Source: Trichoplax sp. H2
Taxonomy: Eukaryota
Length of the DNA: 53,133 nucleotides
NCBI GenBank assembly: GCA_003344405.1
Contig: NOWV01000217.1
Location: 62,001-115,133, forward strand
Direction of reading: 5' to 3'
Of the stretch, positions 1-12,287 are shown one piece after another. The notes under the pieces were generated by a model that worked only from the letters and a program-made list of their open reading frames with translations, did not search any database and was not told the DNA's origin. The first letter of the stretch is position 1. Every line of letters begins with the position of its first letter. The translations under genes were made by a program, and so were the position numbers.

Positions 1-560
1 AATATAACGATCATGCCTTTTATACGAGTTAAAAAATAGCCAGATCTAGTTATCCAGGATTTTATCATACCATAATAATCGGGTTCTTTAGCGATATCTT
101 TAATATTGGCTATAACCATTTACATATATACTTGTATTGAGAAAGCATTAAATTAAAAGTTACTTGCACTTTGGTAACATCTTTGTTATTGGCTATAACC
201 ATTTAACTGTATACGCATAATTTGCAACTATTCAATCCAAAGTCTACCTGCCCTTGGACTCCATCTTTGATATTCGCTGTAACCAATTACTTATAAAAGT
301 TTAACCTCAAGATTCTATTCTACTCTACTGAAATTAACAGACTGCTCGTCATTGGATTCCGTCTTTGATATTCGTTATAACGAATTACTGATATAGGCTT
401 ATTTCGGAAATATTAAATCCACTTGCTCAATATTCTGTGCTACTGTATTGAAATTAATAATCTGCTTTATTGTATCTTCCATAATAGTGTTTACTATTTG
501 GTAATTCCAAGGAGATAAATTTCTTCTATTAAATCTCATCTACCTTGATTCTGGATCATT

Positions 561-1628
561 ATGATTACTAGTATTATGAATTGCAGCCATTTTTGGCTAT
601 TTCATAATGATTATTTCAGCTGTTATAATTTTAATACTGCCATTCCACCTAATCGTCGAAGAACGGTTTTATCACCAGTTCATATTGGTTTTATCGTTAT
701 AGGTGTGATTACGCTCATTAGCAATCTTACCACCATGCTAATATTATATCGTTTTCAAGCTAGATACATTACTACGTGGACTTCCCGTTGTTTCAAAATG
801 AGCTCTAACTTAGTTAGTATTCTGTTTGCTTGCGCATACGTTATCCCTTATAAGGGATTGCTACCCTATCTAGGAGAAAATGCTACCTTACATGTATTAT
901 TACCTTTTATTGGCATTGGTTTATGTGTCAATATTAATTTACATATTTGTTTAATTGCTATTGATAATTTCTTATCCGCTGCTAGTCCGGTACGTTATCG
1001 TTATATCTTTACTAAAGGACGCTTATGTATTTTATTGACCCTCATTTGGTCTATTTCACTAGCGGTATCATATTTGCCTTTAGCAACTTTAGGTATTGGC
1101 ATACGAGAAAATCTATCTAGATTTCAATCGATAACAACGGTTCAAATGTCTATTTACTATTCTACAATTTTTATTTTACTATTTCTACTCCCTTCTGTCA
1201 TCCTTATTGCTAGTTATATTAAAATTTATTTCATCGTAACACGCAGTCGATTACAATTACGTCGTACAACAACAACTAAAATGGATTATCGTTCAGCTCA
1301 AGCAATTTCCAGAATGAACCGGCGATCCACAGTGATTATTCGTAATGGTGTGTTAACTACAGGAACCTTTTTCATTTTTTGGGTACCGTTTGTTATCTGT
1401 TATTATATATTTCTTGTTACAGACAACCGTTCTGTAGTTCTAATGCAAGCTATAGTAGCAGCAACATTGTTTGCATTTTGCTATCCAGCTATTAATCCTA
1501 TCCTCTATTTACTATTGGCATCTGCAGTACGGCATAAAATACGAGATGGATGGAATCTAATGATGACTATTTCTCCATTGACATCGCGCCGTTCTACCAT
1601 CTTTCGCATGCCACCAGTAGCCAATTAA
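561..1628 (+). CDS. Intronless rhodopsin-class (class A) 7TM GPCR, orphan, 355 aa
   Basis: Single ORF with seven hydrophobic segments. TM1 ISN, TM3 IAIDNF followed by SPVRY, TM4 LIWSIS, TM5 FLLP..Y, TM6 FWVPF, TM7 NPILY (NPxxY). Confidence 0.9.
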   Translation: MITSIMNCSHFWLFHNDYFSCYNFNTAIPPNRRRTVLSPVHIGFIVIGVITLISNLTTMLILYRFQARYITTWTSRCFKMSSNLVSILFACAYVIPYKGLLPYLGENATLHVLLPFIGIGLCVNINLHICLIAIDNFLSAASPVRYRYIFTKGRLCILLTLIWSISLAVSYLPLATLGIGIRENLSRFQSITTVQMSIYYSTIFILLFLLPSVILIASYIKIYFIVTRSRLQLRRTTTTKMDYRSAQAISRMNRRSTVIIRNGVLTTGTFFIFWVPFVICYYIFLVTDNRSVVLMQAIVAATLFAFCYPAINPILYLLLASAVRHKIRDGWNLMMTISPLTSRRSTIFRMPPVAN

Positions 1629-2533
1629 AATTTGATACTGAAAAATATTGATGCAAGATTAGGCGAGAATAAGCAATTTAGTAGAAAACGAGAATATAAT
1701 AAAATGACTGCGATATAAGCATTAAATAGGTTAGTTGTTTGAATATACCATACAGTGAGCCATTCTTGCTAACAAATGCAAGAACATGTTTTGGAAGCGA
1801 AAAGTGCCGTTCTAATAAGTAATATCCGCAGTAGCCGAAAGTTATGACGATATGAATATGGTCTATTCTGAAACATCGACTAAATCACGATATTTTATTA
1901 TGTATATCGTCGTTTTTATTTGCTTGATTTCATCTAAAGTTATATAAAAGTTGCATGCTTGTAAACACGTAGTAAGCAGCTCTCTAAGCAATTCTGAGGT
2001 TTCTTAAAGTATGCATACAACGGTGCATAAAATTTGTTAGAACTGTCATTTTCGAAGTACTCAACAACGTACCAACTGTTAGCATCAACACCGGATGAAT
2101 ATATGCATTAGATCAGTAATTACTCTATATGAACTGCTGTCTTTATCTCTAGCATTAGCTATTTACAAATTTTATGTATTCTTAACCAATTGGGTACGCA
2201 TTTTAAATATTTTGTTTAGATACACTAATGTAGCGCTGACATATTTCTAATCGTATTATTCATCTTAAGTACAATATATGCTCATAATTGTACAGTAATT
2301 TTTCATTAAAATACAAAGTGTTTGTAAATCATTCCTTAATAAAACGACCTACACCCAATCGGAATGATCACTTACTAAATCATACCTTGTTATAGTTTTA
2401 ATTTCAAATTGCAAATTTTAATAATTCCATATTCAAGTGTAGTCCTTACAGCAATGTTATACAGGCTGGTTAAGATTTACATAAAAGCAGATTTCGTGAT
2501 TTAATTTTCATGTGATTAGGAATCAAAATGTAT

Positions 2534-5500
2534 TCAAAATTTGCCATGGTTTGTAAGTTTCAAGATGTCATATATATCCAATGATTGCCCTGTGATAAGT
2601 GTTAGTCATAAAATAAATATTAGATAGCCCAAAAGAGTTTCTGAATGTCGATGTTTATTAGTTAAATAAAATTAATGTACCATACCTGGAGGTACATTGT
2701 AACCCTTTTCCAAGCCTAATGGATTAGTGGGTGTTTTACAGTCCATGTCGGGTTCCTTTCTTAATACGGTATCAACGTCAACAGCACTAAAAAATGCTAC
2801 GGACTAGAAATCAATAAATACATACATATATATATATATATATAAGTATACGGATATATGCATTATCAGAATGAAAATTAGTTGCAAATTAGTACTCTAG
2901 CTGGGTAAGATATCTTTTATTAATAAAGAGACTGGTATAATGAATTACCAAAGGCAAATCGTAGATTTTTATTTTATGCGCAAACATAGCTCTTGTTAAT
3001 AAATTTGTAATTTGCAAAGCTAGAGCAGCCCGAAAGCGATCCTCACTTTTAACCAAGTAGCGGACCTAACCATATGTGAAGGTTACAGAAATATTAAAAT
3101 AATCAATACAGACTTGATACAGAAATACAAATATCATGAAGTTTGAACCTCATCATGGATACTGATGCAAAATCTTCCATCAATGTTGTACTTTTCAAAC
3201 AGCCATCTCATGCAGACTAATATTAAATGTAAATAATCCACAGCAGAGGATTGAACAACCCAATTAATGCGACTTGGTAAATACTAGGGGAAATAAAATT
3301 ATATCGAAGTTACATCAGCAATGTCGTTATCGTATTAATCGCTTCATTTACGCGCTAGCTGAAAACAATGAAAGAACATGTCCAATATTTCATGCATGAA
3401 ATTATCTACTTACAGCATTACCAACAACTTTAGGTTCTAAGGCTTGACTAATTCGACATTCCAAAATAGGCGTTTTAGGCTTTTCCGATAAAGCAATTGC
3501 TTCCAATGCGTTAAACATTTCTGATTCACTATTAGTGAAAGTTAAATGAAACTCTAATAAAAACACATTCCTCTGTACTTTTAGACATAATTTTCGAGCT
3601 GCCACATGCACAAAGTAACCATGTGCAGTTATTTATCTTACCTTCCACCAATCCATTGCTTGCTTTTACTCTTAATGTATCTGTAAGGTTCATATAATAA
3701 TATAAATAGAAACAACATACTGTTAATCTCACGTCATACTTGTACATACGCTTAAACATTTGTAATATGGCAAATATAATGATATTAACTATTAGTAAAT
3801 TTTTTCAGCACGGATTTGATATACTGCGCAAAGTTAAGGCCTCGATAATAAAGAAGTATCTAGAGTACATTATTTCGTGCTTGCTGGTTCAGATAGTACG
3901 TTATCACATGCATACTCGTAGTAGTTGAATTAAAGCATATATTTTACATTGAGGTTATAAAACACTCACGAATCCAACTTTTTGCCCCGGAGGTGTTTAC
4001 GTAAGATTTCATGGCCTGTAGTATCAATCCAGTCGTCATCGAGAATAGTATCAGGATCTAATTTCTGCAAAATCTTCTTCCCTTTGCGCGTTAATTTATA
4101 TCTAAGTGGACATAAAATTACTAATGCTACAGAAACATACTTCATGTAGTAAATCAATTTTAAAGTAATCAGCTTAAGTTTACATTGTTGTTCCTTTAGT
4201 AGAGGCGTATAATATTTTAGCTTTATCGCTTGCATCCTCTAGAGTCATTGAAGGATTGAATTGACGCATTAATCTTTGCGCGTAATTTAATCCTGCACCA
4301 TAAATCCTGCCGTAGTTAAAAGTCTATCGGATGTAAACAATATTAGCATTAAATTTTCTGGAAATACTTACAAATATCAGTAAAATGCAGTACATTTTAT
4401 AGTAGTAGTATCTTAGAGTAAATACCTTGGCTTGATCGCGCGATATGCCCACGGTTTCAGCTGTTTTACTATGGAGATCAGTACCTTGTGACTTTTTACC
4501 TTGAAGCGTCATCCATCCAATTGCGGTACAACCTCAATAATTAATTGATTGAATTATCCATCATATCAATTTCGCTAATCGTGGCACTGCTAGAATCTCA
4601 TACAGTAGCTAGTACAATATTTGCATTTGTAAGTTACCATGTGTACGTCCAAAACGGGCATCAGCATATAAAGCCGCAATCCATAATTCCTGACTGTCTA
4701 CATCTGCTCCGACAAAATGATAACCAGGAGGAGCTCTAATCATCGCCTTCAGTTCTGATCCAACTCTATTAGCCTTTAAAATATCGATAATGTCATAGAT
4801 AAGAAATAATTCAACTCCAAGCTTGAAGACATTTCCTATTTGAAATAATTTATCTATTGTTGACTGTATTTTACTACGTGTAGCACTACGAATAAGAGTT
4901 ATTAGTTAATAAATACATCACTATTATTATTTTGGTAGAAGTGGAAGATGATATTATCGAAACTATCAACTACAGCATTGGTAGATTGGCAGCAATAACT
5001 ACATTATTTATTTATTTATTGCAACTGTACGAGTGGTTGGTAAATTGCAATAATTACTAATAAACATTTCCAGCACATTTCGAGTAAATTAGCCCTAACT
5101 AGAATCGGGATTGTACCGAAGCAACCTAAAGAGTTAGCTACCTTGGCGTTACTTGCTGTTAGCCATGTGGCTTCCACAGCCCTACGTGTAACAGTCCCTG
5201 CCGGTGCAACCGGTGGTAGAATAGCACCGTATTTTTGGAGTGGCTTGAATTGAGAATGGCTAGAATAATTTAATAGTAAGTGTAGATACTTAAATATAAT
5301 ACTACCGAAACAATACAAAGAGTTTATAGTAAGAAGAATATTTTTGGCAGCTACTTTCGAATAGAATCGGCAATTTCATCATGTTTGTAATATACGACGA
5401 ATTGGTTTCTGACTCGATCATGAGCATTCTTCCAGTAACTAAGCATTAATTTAAGTTCAACTGTACGCTTAGCAATATCACTTCCAAACGAAGTAATTGT

Positions 5501-8500
5501 GCCATCCTCGTATTGTTTAAGGTAATCCTTTGATAATGGGCTTCCACATCTTAAGTGAGAACCATCCTAAAGATATTGTGAAAAGTTTTATACTTTAATA
5601 CCATAAAACTAACATACAGTGATAGTAATTGAGCTAATCATAATCTATGCAAACCTTATGAGGTATTTTGTAGAAATCGACACCAGGAATATCGATCGTA
5701 TAGGGTCCCAGTAATTTATCTCCTTGTGATAAGTTACGCCTTGGTTCAAGTTCGACGTCTATTGGATTAAAATAGTCAACTTGACTAGTATCTAATGCTT
5801 TAATACATGCTTGGCCATCATGGCTATTATTTTTGCGCTCTTTGAGTATTTTTAACCAAGATCTATTAAATCAGGACAGTAACGATATTGTTTTTATAGA
5901 AAATTTAATCATCACAATTTCATGCTTATATTCCAAACAATATCATTTAGGGTATGTTACTTGACAGGGAATTGTAACTTTTGTTTGTCGGTATCTCCGT
6001 CACCGCATTTTTCCTTATGTGATGTCCCGTATAACGTTTCATCTGTAGAAAGACAAATATCAACACTTGCTTATCAGATAAAGAGTCAGTATGTCTTAAT
6101 ATTAAACTATGATTTGATTAATGATTACAAACCTGCTATTGCATCTTGGCGTAATACTAAATAACCCCAACCATACTTTTTATCATAATATACAGGATTA
6201 TTGTTGTAAGCTAAACGTAGTAGTAAAGGTACGATACGTTTAGTTGGGCTGATGTTGACAGGTGAAGATCTCCATTTAGAATTTAGTTCTGATTTGATAT
6301 ATAATGGAGGGCATAAATCTGCGTACCAACTAGGGATACGATAACAATGTTAACATTTGGTACACAATGTAGTGCCATTTACAGTATTAACTTTAAGCTT
6401 ACTCTGGGTAGCCACTTTTTTGCGATCCCCTTTTCGCATGCAATCTTTCTTTCTGTAACGTTAGTCGTTCCTCCAGTATTTTATCATCAATATTTTCTGT
6501 TAGCTCTCCCGTTATAGTTTTTAGTAGTTTTTTTGAAATATTAGATAAACTCTTTAAACTGTTACGTTTAATATTCCAGTTTAAGCTCCATAGCCAAGGA
6601 TCATCGCGGAATCTAGTAGTATGAGAGATTAAGACATTTTTTATTACTAATATTTAAGTTAAAGTACATATTTACAGGCATGAATCATTTGCGATATAAA
6701 GTTAGTATCGATATTACAAGTAGTTGATACCACATAAAGATCAAAAAGTAATAACTAGACGATATTTAAAATTTGAAGGTTATCATCAATCCTTTGGAGT
6801 CCAATTTTTTTATTGGAGAATGAGTGCAATTCTATAGAAAGGTATATCATCGTCTCTTCTTTTAAACAAATTCCAACATTTTTAAACATATGCCGTTACA
6901 AATTAAATATACACGTACAGAACTTGTATAATTCAAGCTATTTATAAAAAGCTACAGTCTCTGCATGTTCAGTAGCTTACCTATCGTTCCGGAGTAAATG
7001 ACAAGCATCATCAGCTAAATGTTTCAACAGCGTATTCAATTCGTTTTCTAAGTCCTGATAGGTATATTCGACAGTATTCAAATAGTATTGCCAACTTTCA
7101 TCTACCGGTAAAAATATCGAACTCATTTCCAGCATGCCAGCAAATGAGACTGGATGCGGACATCGTAGGAGGAATAGTTTGTAGACATTTTTTAATACAA
7201 CGTGTGTAGCATAGACGTCAGTTGCACAATATTCCATCAAAGTCTACAGTACGAATACGAATTGACAATTTTATTGAACGTTGAATGAAATTTATTAATA
7301 TGATGAAAACTAGTGAACATACCACAGCGCTAACATGAACATAACCAGAAAGTTTTACCTGAAAATTATCTTTGATATCTCTCATGCTTCCTTTAATAAG
7401 AATGTCTACTGGCGATTTGTCTAACGTATTATTTGTATATAGAGTGTAAATATCAGCTAAACTACTAGGACAGCTAAGTTTTGCCCAAAATGCTTCTTTA
7501 TTTGTGTCGCCGTTGGCATCATGATCGCCATTATTCATTTTCTTCCAGTTACCCCTTTGGATACTTGTTAATCCTCCAACACAATTATGTAAGCTCATTG
7601 TGTCGAGGAATACTGTATTACCAGACTATAAGAGCATTGATTATCAGAAATATTGTTGTATACTCTAGTTTTACAACTTTCTCTATTCGTCGTTTCTATT
7701 TTTTGCTACGATATTAATTTAAAAGAAGTAATGTTCTACTTTATTAATATTAATATTAAAAATGCATGTTACATAAATTAATTTATCGATAGCATTATTT
7801 ATTGACAGCATAAGGTGTATGCATAGTTACACGTACCTCAATATTGTACTGTTCACGAATATAAGATCTATCGTAGCCAATATTATGTCCAACAATTAAT
7901 TTTTTCAGATGGTTCTTTTTCTGACTATTATGTCCCTTTTGATTCGCTTCCATGGGTATTAAATCTTTCAAAGTATTATCGTGCTTCCAGCCTAGTCTTA
8001 AGTCATCAAGAATTAAATGATGACTAACCCAAGAGTACCAATGAGTTGGTGATACAGCCGTGGCCATAACAGGTATTCTACCGTTCATTACTGAAGTTTC
8101 TACATCAAATACTAGGGCTTCCTCATCTGCATGGAGTAGACAGATAGATAGTTACTGCATGATAACCTTTATTACTTATAGGATAGATTTAGGTTGATAT
8201 AAAGAATAAGGAGCAAAGACTAATAGAAGATTAAAGCTCGGACGCTTGGTGATGCATTACTGAATAAAACAGTATCACTTAGAAGCAGTTTATGAAAGCC
8301 AATTAATCTGCTTACTGCTTTAGTATAGCTCCAATACTGTAGCTACTTATGTTGATTAGTGTAGCTGGAGATGGCAAGAAATACAACTCTACCTACCAGG
8401 GAATTCAACGCTTGTTGCTTGATTACCATCATACCGGGTCCAACCAGGTCGGCATTCCCAAGTTAACGGTTTAGACGGTAACGTAGCATCAATTAATCGA

Positions 8501-8961
8501 TCGATTAATATCTTATAATGGGCAATTTGCTGATTAGCAATGTACCGAAAATGTTCATCAATGTTAGAACCATGTAATTCGGGTAACTGAAAGGCGACGT
8601 CCTCTTGTTTTGAAGTTTGTTTATCGGCTAGGTCATGCTGCTGTAGATGATTCTTAATTTTTTCCAACAATTCGCCATCAATGTATTGATCGTGAGCATT
8701 GGAGGCATTTTGATCATTACCACGACGAAATATTTGCCGATGCAGCGTATCAGATAGCATTTGAATATTAATAGCATTGACACGATGTTCTCCATGTTGG
8801 CAGTAAAATCTTTTCCGTATGTATACAAAGGTCGGTGACCTTGCTGATTTGAAGATGGCTCTCCACATTGTCATTGTCTTTGCATGATTAGTAGCTATAA
8901 TAGATGAGAATAGAATGGAAGCACGCGTATAAGATAATGATTTGCTGTCAACGGAGTGCAT
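2534..8961 (-). CDS. POLG: Mitochondrial DNA polymerase gamma catalytic subunit, ~20 exons
   Basis: Manually spliced exons, approx. 8961-8397, 8126-7837, 7625-7359, 7244-6981, 6612-6403, 6329-6133, 6042-5961, 5862-5655, 5566-5355, 5259-5142, 4773-4638, 4532-4425, 4323-4183, 4101-3970, 3681-3641, 3528-3413, 3283-3149, 3065-2949, 2803-2686, 2589-2534. They give Exo I LVFDVE, Exo [11 protein letters not shown], Exo III YCATDV, Pol [15 protein letters not shown], Pol [14 protein letters not shown], Pol [10 protein letters not shown] and the end [18 protein letters not shown]. The true start may be the ATG at 8874 or 8868. Confidence 0.97.
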
Positions 8962-11015
8962 TCAAATTAGACATTGGGCAGTACGACTTGTATTTGGCAT
9001 ATCGTTTTCAGTTTACGTATCTACTCTTGTGCAATTACTGTACCACAAGGATAAAACGATACTAATTTCCACGACAGTTGTCTGTATATACAGTAAGTTC
9101 TTAACGCTGTCAGGGATTATTGGAGTCACTAATTCATGTCATTGCTCGACAGTATAACGATAGTGATGTGAGAAATGTGTCAGCTAACAAGATGATGAGC
9201 TATTGGTGACTTGGCTTCATTATCACGCGTTACTCTGTTTGCAATCTAGTACAAAACAGCAATGGATAGAGGAGATTTCTATTGAAGGATCATTTTTCGG
9301 CTGACAATGTGTAACTAACTGTTTACGGTTAGTTTCGTTGATTCATACCAGGGTTAGTTATACTTCAAAGCACGGACTGGTAAGAAGTCCCTGCTCCAAG
9401 GTACATCTGGTGGAGATGGAGGTATAAACTACTGCATGGCTGCAGTCCAAAGTGGACTATCAGCTTTACGTGTGATAAACAGGTGGCTGTCAACATACGG
9501 TCTACACTAGTTTTACAGTCAAGGATCAGAGAAGGTGCAAAGGTTCCCTTTACGAAAAGCAAAAACAATTGATGAATGATAATCACAACAGAACATGATG
9601 GTTGGCAATAGCGATTGAACTGCCACATTGATGCCTTATTCTATTACAACTATCCATCTGCAACATAGCATGATGTTTACCTTTTGTAAGTGCGGTATGC
9701 ATAAGATTGCGTTTACCGGATCGATTGCAATATCAATAGCACAATTTAATCGATTGAGCTAGGCAATCTAGAAAGGCTATGTTGCAGAGGCATTTTGCTA
9801 AAGCTGATTCTTTAATTTCCAATAGGCTACAATAGACGTTAATTAATATTGACCGTGCAGATTCTAGATCTAGATCTAGAAGATGATTTAAAAGGTAAAG
9901 ATGGACAAGTAGGCAAAGCGACGCTTAGCCTGCCAGGTCATGCTTCGATTGGATTACTGCTTTCATCCCTAGTGAGTGCTGCAAAAATTGTGGACTTGAA
10001 GTTACTGTTAATTCTATCTTGATTTATTATTAATACTTTAGTCAACGATAGGCGGTGCGTTGTAGCTGCTGGAGCACTTTCAAGAGTTGTCCAAATAGAG
10101 ATGAACGTGGAAGAAGGAGCTATTTCATATTGAACCTTATGCTACAGTACCAAGTATCTTGTGCATCATCAGGCTAGAAATGATGCATCAACTTGATCGA
10201 TTTTAGTGCTATATTGACTCTTTGTTGATTATTTTATTGTACCATCAATATCATCTAGGCTGTAGTATACATCTAAGTCTTACTATGGATAATCTAGTTC
10301 TGTAAGGACAGTCAATGCAATATGCAATGCTGACCTAATTTCTCCAACATTCTCCTGCCAGCCATTGCGGTAACCATGGTGCCAACGAAGCCTTCATAAC
10401 ACATTTACAGTACACAGTACGGTAGGGTATACCGTACTAAGCACTCGTAACGCGGACTTCCTCAATCCTAGACGATCCTGCAACACTCCTTGAGTAGTTG
10501 GCTGGCGTTTAATTTCAGCTCTAATTGTAGAATTCCTGGTTAATTAACGATAGAAGAGACTGTGTTTGTCCATAGACTGTTAGAAAATGGCATGGACTAC
10601 TGAAAAAAGGTCTTGGATTCCTCAAAAAGACCTTTTTCCAGTATTGCATGGCTTGTCAGAGCAGGTATTTTAGTTGGATACAGTAGCAAGATGGCCAGTT
10701 AGCCATTGTAGATGCTAGATCACAGACTGTTTGCTTACTTTTGAGGGCCTATTTATCAAAGAGAACGATTGGTTCAAGTGGAACGAGCAAGCAGTGATGG
10801 CCATGGACTACTCCAAGGTCTTGAATACAATACAAGACATGGATACTACGTTTCAAGTTGTTGACAGAATCCATACTGTACTGTACTTGGTTTTGTGTCT
10901 ACACTATTCATTATCATGATTTTAGGAGGATGTCAACAGGGCCAGTCGATAGCCTGCAATATAGGATATCACTGATGCTAAGCAGCACAACAAGCATGGA
11001 CAACTAGAAATGACT

Positions 11016-11970
11016 ACAGTAGTCATTTCCAGTAGTCCATGGCACAAGTCTCGAATCATCAAGGTTGCAGTGTGCTCTTTTTTATGTGATGAAATTAGTC
11101 GTGATAGAATGATCTCATGTTGGAAAAGTCTTCGTAATGTATCATTCAAGTCGATCACAATAACTAGTAGTTAGTGCCATAGAGATACTGTATACATTAC
11201 GGTAGGAGCATTTTTCTAATAATGTTTGTATTAATTTTCATTATCAAAAACATGGAAAGTTGAGGAAATTCCCGTTTCTTCTATCTCTATGGGTAGTACT
11301 AGGTACTGAGTAGGTAGTACACTCATTCAATAAATAAGTACAGTAGCCATTTCTAGCAATCTAATTCACAAGTCTTGAATCATCAAGGCTGCAGTGTGCC
11401 CTTTTATGTGTGATGAAATTAGTCATGGTAGAATGATCTCATGTTGGAAAAGTCTTGCATCATTCAAGCCGACCACAATGACTTATGGCATAGAAAGATA
11501 CTGAATACAGTAGAAGTATTTTTCTTCCAGACATTACTATTTGTATCATCGAAACGATTGCTAGCGGAGGAAATTCCCGTTTCTTTTATCTCTATGGGTA
11601 GTACTAGGTAGTACACTCATTCAATAAATAAGTACAGTAGCCATTTCTAGCAATCTAGTTCACAAGTCTTGAATCATCAAGGCTGCAGTGGACACCTTTA
11701 TGTGTGATGAAATTAGTCATGGTAGAATGATCTCACATTAGAAAAGTCTTGCATCATCCAAGCCGTCCACAATGACTCATGGTATAGAGATACTGAATAC
11801 AGTAGAAGCATTATTCTTCAAGACATTACTATTTGTATCATCAAAACGATTGCTTGCGCAGGAAGACATTACTATTTGTATCATCAAAACGATTACTAGC
11901 GGAGGAAGACACAACTATTTGTATCATCAAAACGATTGCTAGCGGAGGAAATTCCCGTTTCTTCTACTCT
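11016..11970. repeat. Three diverged tandem copies of a ~300-bp unit
   Basis: Units begin acagtag(t/c)catttc at ~11016, ~11340 and ~11634. They share cacaagtct-gaatcatcaagg-tgcagtg, tgatgaaattagtc and gaggaaattcccgtttctt. Confidence 0.9.
11822..11950. repeat. 3 x 43-bp tandem repeat nested in the third 300-bp unit
   Basis: gacattactatttgtatcatcaaaacgattgct(a/t)gcg(g/c)aggaa-like units start at 11822, 11865 and 11908. Confidence 0.92.
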
Positions 11971-12287
11971 TTCTTGATGAGGAAGTGCTAAGTTGTGAGT
12001 ACAGTCTTGCCACTGTAGTCAAAGTACTGTACTCTCATGGATTACTATAGAGAGTCCAAATGCCCTACAGTATATTGTTCGGGTGTACGGTACGTTGGAG
12101 AGACTGTAGACTGTGGCGAGCACAAGACGGCACGCCGGCCTGGTTGGGGCTGCTACGACGATAATACTACCCCAGCGCATCGACCCTAGACGATTAGTTT
12201 AACCCTTTCTTCATCCATTTGCCAGGTGAAATTGTCCATTTTGCTACTCTTGCCTAATTCTCCGTGCCGTTAAGATCGTACAGAATT

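Noticed and set aside
2827..2843. (AT)n tracts here and at ~17076-17092
   Set aside because: Ordinary short microsatellites.
8628..8828. Alternative-frame ORF inside POLG exon 1, reminiscent of mammalian POLGARF
   Set aside because: TTG start, only 66 codons, no recognisable similarity; expected by chance inside coding DNA.
11822..11950. 43-bp repeats as a CRISPR array
   Set aside because: Units are contiguous with no unique spacers, there are no cas genes, and the context is eukaryotic.
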